In this document: piece after piece, positions 45,101 to 57,100 of the stretch | How positions within the stretch are numbered: position 1 is the stretch's first letter | How the letters are laid out: each line of letters starts with the position of its first letter | The notes under the pieces: generated by a model | The model's input: the letters and a program-made list of their open reading frames with translations, nothing else | The model's database searches: none | Told to the model about the DNA's origin: nothing | Made by a program: the position numbers and the translations under genes | NCBI GenBank assembly: GCA_040954595.2 | Contig: CM082591.2 | Coordinates: forward strand, 8,596,380-8,660,379 | DNA length: 64,000 nt | From: Balanoglossus misakiensis | Taxonomy: Eukaryota > Animalia > Hemichordata | Reading direction: 5' to 3'

Positions 45101-48100
45101 TATTCACTCAATGGGACCACCGGGTCCTTGACGCGATTTTTTCATATTATCGTCTGATTTCAGACAACAAAGCTGCATTGGGCTATTGACAGTTATGAAC
45201 AAAAAGTTGCTGAAACTCTTGTGAAAGCTGGGTTGGACATCAATGAAGATGTTCAAGGATTGGATGAGGTTTGTATTTTGAAATGAAAATTTGCCTTGGA
45301 AAATGGCTTCATATTTTGCAGACAAGAGATGGAAACCTGATGAAGTGTCAAGCATTGCCAAAGTTTTTTGTTTTTGTTTTTTGTTAATTACACTGTTTGC
45401 AAAGATAAGAAAGTGAATTACAACTGTTACAACAGACTGTGGCATGTATCAACAAGATGCATTAAGTGTACTTAACAGTATCTCAATCAACACTAAATCC
45501 CATTAAATCATCAAACATTGTACAGTGAATAACAATGCCTGATAAGGAGGACTCCAAATTTTTTCTTCAGCAGTATCGGCCCCCTTATAAATGACAAATT
45601 ATGTTATACATTTAATTTTCAGTTAATGAGTGTTTTTAACACAATGTCAGTTACTAATACCTAATACAGATACAGTGTACAGAGCTTCGTTTTATATTCT
45701 TCATGTATAAAACACAGTATGGTCCATTTTCATCAGTGATGTTGTAAAAAACCAGGGTTTCGCCATATAATGGTTCGCATTTATATTTAGGGTATGGTGG
45801 AAGGATCAAAAGCCATCCATTTAATGGCAAGAAAAGAAGAACCAAAATTTGTTCAGTTGTGTTTGAAGCTGAAAGCAGATGTTAATCCATTGGATAATGT
45901 AAGTTACCTGGTAAATACTAATGAATAAGAGGAATGGAAAGTGGTGTATAAATTTCATTTGTATCTTAGGCTGTGACTGGATTATAAGCCTCCACTAATT
46001 TATCTAAGAATATGAGGTTATCAGTTTCAACCAAGAGGTACGTGATATCAGGCCAACTCTTGGTTTGGCCATGTTGGTGTGAGTGTGGTTGTGAGCTGCA
46101 TCACATGCAGTTCACAACCAAATGTCAAAAATACACAAATCAAACAAAAGACTGCAATGTCTACCTCACAGAAAAGTCTGCATAATCAACCCTGACAAGG
46201 GCACAGTACTAATATTACCATCCGGTCCATGCTTATTTCAATATGTTGCCAAGAGAATGACAGCCAAAGACTTATCTACAAAAAATGTGTAAGAAGATTT
46301 TCATGTATACAGTAACCAATTGATCGTCTGATCACTGCAAATTGCTGGAAGTGATTATGTAAGTGATGTACAAGACCTCAAACTACTGTTAAAACTGAGC
46401 AAGATGACCGTTAAAAACTGAAATAAAAACGCAATACATAACACCATAATCTTGATGACAGGGTTTTAAGGATCATAGATGAGTTTACAATGCATGTGAC
46501 TATTGGGTCTGATGGATCATTTAATCATCATGAAATTTGATGCATTCCACAGAACTATATACAAAATTCACAATTTTGAAAATAGTGTGCCAGTGTGTTT
46601 CATATTTCTTCAAAAAGAGCTCATCATGTCACAACACCAATCTCTTTATTCAAGGGAAAGAAGACCCCACTGTATTATGCAGTAAAGTGTAAGAATAAAG
46701 AAACTGTGAAAGTGCTGTTGTCAAGAGGTGCAAACTTTGTACGGGAAATCCAGGTAGGTGTTAAAAACATAAGTTAAATATATGAGTGAAAAGATCTTAA
46801 TTGACACATTTCTTGCAAAAAAAACTAATCAACCTTAACTATTGTGGTTTTATTACTCAAACAAGTTTTGAATTACTTTACAGTCTTTGAGGGAGCTGCA
46901 ATTATTTATGGCCTGGGGGTCGGAGGAATCATAGGGGGTCACTCAAAAACGGAAACTGGAAGGTGGGGGTTCTCAAAAAGTCGAGACGAAGAGGGGTCAC
47001 CCATTTTTTGGAAATAAATTAAGTGAAAGTATCTCAAAAGAAGAATTAAGTCAGGTACAGTTCGATTCCAACAGTGCTCCTCAAAAGGACATAATTGTCT
47101 GTACCGTCATGCAAGAGTACCCAAAACACAGTTAATTAAATTTCTAAAGGTCATGCTTTCAGATCGGGTTTCACATTACATAAACAGTTCAACTCTATGT
47201 AAAATCAACTTGGATGTAGTAACATATGAGATATGGATGTACCGGTATGGTGTAACTTTCCAAATAAGTGTTTTTTATTTTCTTTCTATGATCATTTTTT
47301 TTCTTCAAAAAACTTAATTATTGGAGCCTTTACAAGACATGCAGTGAAGTGAGCTGCTATTTTCCAATATGCCACATTTTGATTGGTCAATTTATAATTA
47401 GTTTTGGGTGATGTGCATGACCCGCATTTGCTGATGTTTTAATATGTAATTGTTCCGGGTTGGAGGGAGGGGGTGTTGGTCACTGAAATTTCTGTTAGAA
47501 ATGATGGGGGGTACTCTGATTCTGCATGCTTGGCAGAGGTGGGGGGGGGGGAGGGTTACTGCAAATTTTGGAGTTTCAAGTTAGATTCTTCCTATCCCGC
47601 CCCAAGGCAATAAATAATGACAGCTCCCTAAGCGTTTTTTTTCTCTTTCTAACAGAATGAACCTCGCATATCGCAATCATTCACCTATTCACACAGACCT
47701 ATATTCATAGCAGCTGCCATGTATGAAAATCTAAGCTTTGTTAAAGTACTCCAAGATGTTGGTATTGATTTAAATACAGCTGATGATGTAAGTAAATTTA
47801 AATTTTTCATGTTCTTGGAGAACATTAAACACAAAATGGTTTAGTTCTATAATGTAGCAATAATTTAATTAACATTCTATTTTTTGAAAACTCATCTCAG
47901 CCATTTGCCAGGTTCAAAATTGTGACATATGGAGAGGGCTGGCAGGAAACATTAACACTGATAGAACTGTAATGCTATAATCTTTCATGAAATATTCTTG
48001 TCATTACCTCCTATGAAAAACAAGTACATAATAATAAAATGATAATTAATTCTAAAAAGATTGTAATCTTCTTGACCTTCAATGTCTGTTTTGTTAAAAT

Positions 48101-51100
48101 TTAACACAAAAAATTGCCCGATTTATGTATACTTTTGGTTGACCCTGTATTACATGTTATTAGGAACTGTAACAGTTAAACAGGCCAGGTGCTTGTGACA
48201 TATTGTTACGATCTGTATAAAGGTCAAATATGATTTTAAAGTTCAATTAATCCAGAGCTCGGGAATGTCATAGTATTTGATTTTATGTATTTGAAGTAGA
48301 TAGGGAGAGCTGGTGTTTAACTGACTGCTCTGTTTGTCAATCATCATCGAACTGACTTTGTTATATAACGCTTATGTAAATTGGTACGTAGATAGTTGAA
48401 TTGATGCCCAATGAAATTATAACACATTGTATTTGTGATATTTTACATGATTAACCACGCCTTGAGAAAAGTAATTATAAGAGAACTTTGTTTCCAAAGT
48501 TGTAAGACAATAAATCTAACGGGAGATGGGAGTACTGGGCATATTTGATGTACTGGTCAGGAGTAATTCTCGACAATAAATGAACGTGAATCAGATACGT
48601 GTCTCCGTGAATCACTGTTCTCGTCAGAGCCCGTTATCTCATCGCTATGAAGTCCCCAATGCATGAACAACAATAATATTCAAGTGGTAATAATATCATA
48701 TTTAACCTTGTACATCATTTTTGTATTATTTGTGAGTTCAGCATATAATAATGAATGCATTGCATATAGCATTAAATGGATCACAATCTTCAACTGCAGT
48801 CTCATTCATTTCTAGAATGATCTGACCGTTCTGCAAGAAGCAGCAAAGGAGGGATTTGATAAAGCTGTCACTGTTTTACTAGAAGCAGGTGTAGAAGTAA
48901 ACAAAACAGATCAGGTGAGTGTCTTATCCATGACATTTCTGTTGCAGATTTATATATATGTGGTATTATTACATAATGTCATAAAGAGGGACTGGTGGTG
49001 GCGGCCATGTATGTACAGAAATGTTCAATACGTGTCACCTATGTTCTTCGTGGTTTAAGTAATTAAAAGTTAAGATTTTTGCCAAATTTTATTTTTTACA
49101 TAAATCGGTAGGTTTAATACTGACATACATTCTGACAAAGGCATCTTGGCAGAAATGGTACATACTAACCACAAAATAGCACTTTTCTGAATGAGTCCGC
49201 AGCTTAAGAAATAGGTGTGTCAACAATGCAAATGGCCGTTTTTCTCAGTTTGCATTTTGGCTGCTACTGACAACTTCAGAAGAATTCAGCTTCGCTCTGC
49301 GTTGGATGAATTTGCTCAAATTTTAACAGGGGATTGTGTATGACCTATCCAACAATATGAACATTTTTTTAGTCGATAAACTGGCCATAGTGGGAATAAA
49401 CTTTGATTCAATACAACTCATCGTGAATTTGATCAAATTTTCTAAAAATCTAACTTGCAAACGCTGTTACTCCTCAATGGAAGCAGAGAATGCAAAATTT
49501 TCGTTTTTTTTGCACGTGCACTCTAGTTTCAAATAACATGTTAAGATGCATGATGCAAATATGGTAAACCTTTTTACCTAATTCAAATTGAATGACATAA
49601 TATCAAAAAGTGGGTTTTTAACCCCAAAATGCCACCATTTCCAGGGGTCAATAAAATATGCAACTCAAACAAAAGTTGAAAAAAACTCAACTTTTAGAAT
49701 ATGTATGTTTTATAGGGGTTCTAACATTGGCTTTGATGAGAAATAGGCCTCTGATAAAGTCTTGGCGGTTTCATGCAATGTTTTCTGTGGTGGGTATGCG
49801 TGGCCTTGATCTACAGACCTATTTGTATGTAAGCACACTTGTGTCAAAATCTTTTGCTATCTTTTTACTGTTTACTGTCTTTCCCTATCTTACATAAAGT
49901 TCATGGTAATGTGGGTGTCACTAAACAAACATAGCAATACTGAGATGCAATGAGACATCAAAAAGTAATACATTTATGTCAGAGGTTCCCCAAACCTGCA
50001 AAATTGTAGTCTCAGTGACCCAGCTACTTATTCAACCCAAAGCATGACCATTAAGCTGTAACATACCCTTTAAACATGGAGATTTAATGTTGGCAATTCA
50101 AATGTCCATTTTGCATACAGAGATGCTTTGTTTGCAATCCTCAATATAATAGGTGTTTGATTATGTTTCATAAAGAAGGGAATATTAATACAAGCTGGTT
50201 TAATGAACGTGAATCGAAATTAATCATCTTGTGTATCCTATTTTGTAAACAGAAACAACAGACCGCTTTGCATCATGCTGTCAATGGATCCAAATCTAAA
50301 GTTATCAATGCTCTGTTGAGTTGGGATAGCACTGACAAAGATGCTACAGAAAAGGTAAAATAAGGCCTTTTGGTTTTACCATCTGTCTACTTGATATTAG
50401 TAGTTCTTAACACAACAGATGCATGTATGTATTTATGTCTGACGTATGTGAGTAGGTATTACTATTCACCTGACAAACTGAACAATATTTATGAGCTTGG
50501 CTTTTATAATAAAAACTATTACCGTAAATAAACATATCATATCTAAAGTATGCATAATAGCTGTAATGTGAAAATGGTTACAAGTAAAGAACCATATGTT
50601 AAAAATTATATTGTTATTCTGATTGATTTGCGTGCAGGTACCATAGATATTTTTTTCTTCTGATTTAAGTCATAAGAGATATGGCATCAAAATTACTTTT
50701 ACCTTTCCAAATTTCGCATTTTCAAAAGTAACTAGAACTGCATGTTTTCAATATGACTTTGTAACAGCACTATACCTTTCGTCTTCTTTTTATACTGGTG
50801 GTTCAGTGTCTCTATTCAGTTCATCTGGTTGGTTTACTTCACAGAATGCCAAAACACCCTTGTATGTAGCGACAGAGAATGATGATGTCGACTGTGTTAA
50901 GGCTCTTCTGGAGAAAGATTGCCGTATCCATGCCAATGTAACACGGACTACCTATGGAACGGTAAGCAGATCAAACACTTATCATATTATAAGAAATATT
51001 GCTGTTATTTATCAAACACAAAAGCAGAAGTCCAACCTAGCCAAATGAATTTGTAGTGTGAACCATTTTCAAAATAGACTAGCTCATTTTACCAACCAAA

Positions 51101-54100
51101 CAAATAGGTCCAGATTAAATTGACCAATGGATACAAAAATGGTCGGGCAAATTTATTGAACTTAATCTTGATTTACACTTTCTGAGTAGAGAACCATAAA
51201 TTTATGTTACTATGTAAAATTACAGGATGCAAATTGCATACCATATTGCTCTAACCTCAGCATGAGATTTTCTGACAGGTGGACCGTCATTTATAAAAAA
51301 TAAATTATATAGCTCGTCAATCCAAACACCAGGAATAATCTTTAATGGCATTAATTACACGTAATTAATTGTGTAAAATAAAGCAGATATCTGTGTGAAA
51401 TTGATTAAACAAATTTTAGGTTAGTTTCCATCTTATGATGTGCCTCAGCTGCCTTTGTTGAATATTAATTTCAGTTTTCTTGAGGATATGATGGGGCGGT
51501 GTTGGAGATTCAAAATCCAAAACGACCAATACTGATACAAGTGTTTTGTTGAATATTAATTTCAGTTTTCTTTGGATATGATGGGATGGTGTTGGAGATT
51601 CAAAATCCAAAACGACCAATACTGATACAAGTGTTTTGTTGAATATTAATTTCAGTTTTCTTGAGGATATGATGGGGCGGTGTTGGAGATTCAAAATCCA
51701 AAACGACCAATACTGATACAAGTGTTTTGTTGAATATTAATTTCAGTTTTCTTGAGGATATGATGGGATGGTGTTGGAGATTCAAAATCCAAAACGACCA
51801 ATACTGATACAAGTGTTTTGTTGAATATTAATTTCAGTTTTCTTGAGGATATGATGGGACGGTGTTGGAGATTCAAAATCCAAAACGACCAATACTGATA
51901 CAAGTGTTTTGTTGAATATTAATTTCAGTTTTCTTTGGATATGATGGGATGGTGTTGGAGATTCAAAATCCAAAACGACCAATACTGATACAAGTGTTTT
52001 GTTGAATATTAATTTCAGTTTTCTTGAGGATATGATGGGATGGTGTTGGAGATTCAAAATCCAAAACGACCAATACTGATACAAGTGTTTTGTTGAATAT
52101 TAATTTCAGTTTTCTTGAGGATATGATGGGACGGTGTTGGAGATTCAAAATCCAAAACGACCAATACTGATACAAGTGTTTTGTTGAATATTAATTTCAG
52201 TTTTCTTTGGATATGATGGGATGGTGTTGGAGATTCAAAATCCAAAACGACCAATACTGATACAAGTGTTTTGTTGAATATTAATTTCAGTTTTCTTGAG
52301 GATATGATGGGATGGTGTTGGAGATTCAAAATCCAAAACGACCAATACTGATACAAGTATTTTAAGTACTAAATGTAGCTTCCTTCTTTATTTTATTTTT
52401 ATGTATTATTTAAATCAGGATTTATAAAGTAGTCATCCCATAGAACAGCTAAAAAAATGTATACAGGAATACGGCAAGACAAACAGACACAAATAACAAT
52501 TATAATAAAAACAAAATAAAAGAGCAAAGATAAAAAGTCAGTCAAAAAGCAGTAAAACAGACAATCCGCTCTACTTGCACCAAAAAGCATTATAATATAT
52601 ACATCGACTTTCTGTAGAGCTGTTGAAATTTTGACTGGACAAAGACATCAGAGTTCACTAATTTGTTCAAAATGCTATTGCCACTGTTAATTCTGACATA
52701 GAATTTGTAAAGTAATTTATGCCTCAAAGAGTCAAAGGAAGGGACATTGTTAGATACACACATCTCACTAGCACTGCAATCTCATGGCAGGCACAATAGA
52801 ATACGAAATGCATTGTTGTAAGCCACTCTGAGACTGTTCATGTTTTTCGTGCTGTACTGCCACCATAAATGTGAACAGGACATATTAGTACAACAGGTGT
52901 GAAATCAACTGACCTTCACATGATTATTACCATTTGCAAATTGTCGAGTCAATATATTTGCCTGTGCATAGGATTTACACATCCGTCTCTTAATGTCAGC
53001 ATCACCTGTCATTGTTTCTGTAAAAACATAGCCAAGATATTTATGATGTGATACAACATTCAACATTTTACCGCCCAAGAACACTGGTGGTATCTTATCT
53101 ATAGTCAGATTCGATTTGCCTGGTATGAAATACATGCATTCTGATTTCTTGGGGTGAAATACAATATCATGTTCAAGACCATACTTTTCACATATTGAAA
53201 CTAGTTTACGCAAGGCACTGATGGGCGGAGCCATCAAAGCAATATCATCTGCATACATCAAATGCTTAATAATAGATCCACTGATGGTACAACCCTTTCC
53301 ACATTAATTTAAACGTACACTCAAATTATCCATATAAACATTAAATAAGTACGGAGATAAAATGCCACCCAGTCAGACACCATTTTTGACTGAAAATAAT
53401 GATAAAAAGCATTCTCCCCACTTAATACAAAAAAGTTGTGTCCAGTACCAAACCATTATAATCCTTATCACATACATAGCTTCGCATATACCATAGTATG
53501 ACGTCAGACGTAGGTAAATTTGCACCAAGCGTTATTGTAATACCCATCCGTCTGACGTCACCAAACGGAACTATTTTAAACTTGTAAACAAAGTCCTCTT
53601 AGGGCGACAAAATTCAGTGCAATTGTTGGTTTTATTTCGATATTAAAAAATAAGCAAAGATAAATAAAATGTTTCGTATGTGTAAATATGGACGATCGAC
53701 GATTAGTTTTACCTGTGTACATTTTTATCGCACCAACCGGCACCAAAACTGTCGCGAGGTCGTCAGTGCTGAGCCAAAGTCGTCGCGTTGTCGAACGAGC
53801 GACAGGTACAAAACTGAGTATTCGCAAAAATTTTGATGCGACGATTAGAGCAAAACGGTCTAGTCATAAAGCAAGAAAGGTTTCCTGCTCCAGTGAAACC
53901 TTGACGGACGATGAAATCCAGCTGACGCACGACAGACGGGTCCTCGCCAAAACCAGAATCGTCCAGGTCGTGACCTCAGTCACCAGACAGATAGACCGCA
54001 TAACAATTTTGCACAAAATAGTTCCAAATTTTATCGCAACCACAAAGAGATTTATTTGAAAATCAAAATTAGCGGATCTATGTATGTGATAAACATATAA

Positions 54101-57100
54101 TTCCCCCGTATTCCTCACTCGTGTACCTGCGTCGCGAACTCGTGATTCCCCGTATAGCTGTATCCCTCCTCGCCTGCGGCTCGGAGGGATACGGCCGCTA
54201 TACGGGGAATCACTCGTCCGCGACGCAGGCACACTCGTTCGAAATACGGGGGAATTATATATAAGAATTACATACCAGGGCACAGATCTATCAATAAGCT
54301 TCTTAAATAAAACCCACTGGTTTACCCGATCAAACGCTTTGGTAGCATCCAAAAAACATGCAAAAACTGGACTGTTAAAATGACTGTAGTACGAGATTAT
54401 TTCTTTCATTGCATAGATACAAAAGTCAGTTGAATGACCACGTTTGAATCCGAACTGCATGTCTGTTGTATACAGGAAATCTTTGCAACGCTCTAGAATG
54501 ATCAACTCTAACATCTTTGATGTAACCGTAGCAATAGCAATAGGCCTGTAGTTATCTTTACTAGAGACATCCCTGGTTTTGAATTTGGAGTGTTGACTCT
54601 CAGTTAGAGTAATTGCATCTTTCATGTTCAGCACCTCATGTCGAAGGGAACGCATTTCCTTAAGCATCGATGATATATCAATGTGAGACATGTCAATCGG
54701 TGGTAACTTATTCAGGTCTTTTGCAACAAAGCATGGTATATTATCAGGATCTGTTTGGTGTACCAAGGCCAGGATGTCATGAATATTATTCAGCATCTTA
54801 TGTTGACCTTTTCGTTGTATGTACCGTCCATTCTCATCTGTGCATACCATATCAAATATTGTACGCTTGGCCTTTTCAATACCTTGATCATCGGAGTGTT
54901 CAGCACAAAGTTTAGCAATGACCTTGCCGGGTAGCACATCGACTTTGTTTGTAATGAAGCAAAGAATCTCATTGATAATTACACCAGTCGATGATAACTT
55001 GTTTTCCGGGCAGTCAGCGACGTCAGGTTTACGCAAGGTAGAAGCAGGATTGGAGCCACGTTCAAATTGTTGTCTTTTACAGGGTGAGCATAGATCTAGA
55101 TCACCCTGCCATAACTTTACCGCGTTAGAAGTTTGTTTACAGTCGTTGCAATTTAGCATAATGAACAGCTATGCGTAAATTACGCAGTTCTGATACACAC
55201 CTGGAGTCTGCAAATGCGACAGCGTGTTGACCTCACCAGTCAACTTCCAGAGCGTATTTTTGTAGATTTTCCGTGTAAATATGACTTCCCGTCTCTAAAA
55301 AACACCAAATACGTGTCGCCCAGGGCTTCATGCAGCGTCCACAATGACAACCACTCTTCTGGGAGAAGAATTCCAGGAAAAAATTTAGTCGATGTCGCGG
55401 ACCCGTCAACACGTGCATGCGGTTTCTGAAGATGTCTCGTATTTAAATGAAAGATATGGGAAATTAAATACATTGGAGCCTCCCTATAACGAACATTATA
55501 TGTAGATGTACATATCCCAATTTTAAAACCTGAAATCAGAAAATGTATTTACCACCAAAACAATACTAAAATGCTGTTTGGCATCAGTTTAGATGTGGCA
55601 ATATTGATCAAAACCGTCAATTGTGTAATTATCAATTTTTTCCCAACGACAATGAAATAATATGTAATGTTTCCTTTTATAAATTTTAATGGTATACAGT
55701 CACCTCCAATTTACATACGCCCATATATGGCTGAAATGGCATATTTGAGCATTCTAAAGAACACATGGTGGCGCTCTTTTTTTGCGTGGCTAGATCTCAA
55801 CTTGCCATGGTAACTACAGCTAATGTTCCATAGTTGACCATATACTATTAAGGCATCTGTCCTGCCAGAACAATTGATTTTTACCATTAATCATATTTCT
55901 GTTTGATTAATACTATAAGGCGTACACCAGTAATTTGACCCAGCTGAAGTGGGTTGTTGAAAATGAGAAAGACTCAATGGTGCGAACATTGCAAAGAGCT
56001 GGAGTAAACATAGATTCATATGATGAAGTAAGTTAATCTTTATATTTACTGCTAGTACCGGTATACAGAAATTACACTGCATAGCTACTTTCAAATTAAA
56101 AAGTCTTTCAACGATTTCAAGTATATAATATAAGTTGAATCAATATATACTGTAAAACACTTTATTTTTGCGAGTTGAAATTTTTTGCAATATCCAGAGA
56201 GGCCACTGTTTCGTGAGTATTAATTTTCGTGTTCTCTTATTTCATTCACTGCATCGTTATCTTCAAAAAATATTTACGCAACTTTTTATTTTCATGAAAA
56301 TTTATTGCTCGTGAAAATAAAGTATTTTACAGTAGATGTTATTTTAAGTATTTTGAATACTAATTAAAATGAGTATAAAAATATATCTTTTGTTATTCTA
56401 TATCATTTAATGATTACTGGTTTACATGGCCTATTCTGCTCATGTAAATTGCCATCCTCTTTTCTAACTTTAACATTATGAAGATAGATCTATTCCTACT
56501 GTGTTTTTGACATTAGAATTTACTTTATATTTTTAAACTTGGATTTTTGTTCGTGACATGTCAAGTATGATCACTAATGGGACATAAGAATTTCCACGTT
56601 TATGTAAGTTGATAAACAGCAATTCACATATCCATAAATAATTTATCTTCAAGGACCATTTCACACTTCTACATCACTTTGCAAGAAATGGAAATGTAGC
56701 TTGTGTAAAGATCCTGCTTGAGAATGGTGCCACAATCGATACATATTGTAAGGTGGGCATTTTGTTTGTTTGTCTATATTTATATATAAAATATATATAA
56801 ATTTATATGAAAGCTACCATCACAGTAGTGTATGGGTTTTATAAAGTACAGTGTGCATTTTGTGTGCATTTTGTGTATGTTTTTCCATGCATAAAGTGCT
56901 CAACATTATTGTTTTGCAGGATAAGTACACTCCTGTCTTTTATGCTGCCCAAAATGAACACGTTGATGTCACCAGCCTTCTGATTACATCTGGTGCAAGA
57001 TATCTACATTCTGACAACAAGGTACTTTACCATTTTCATTGAACATGTGAATACCATGCAAGTTGTATCAATTTGGCCTGTTATTTAATTCCTGTAAAAT

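Noticed and set aside
31330-52356. Repeated minus-strand ORFs MYQYWSFWILNLQ...
   Set aside because: Artefacts of translating the minisatellite.
53864-54264. C-terminal part of the 431-aa minus-strand ORF as a novel RT-fusion domain
   Set aside because: It is read-through into inserted element F across its GC-rich palindrome.
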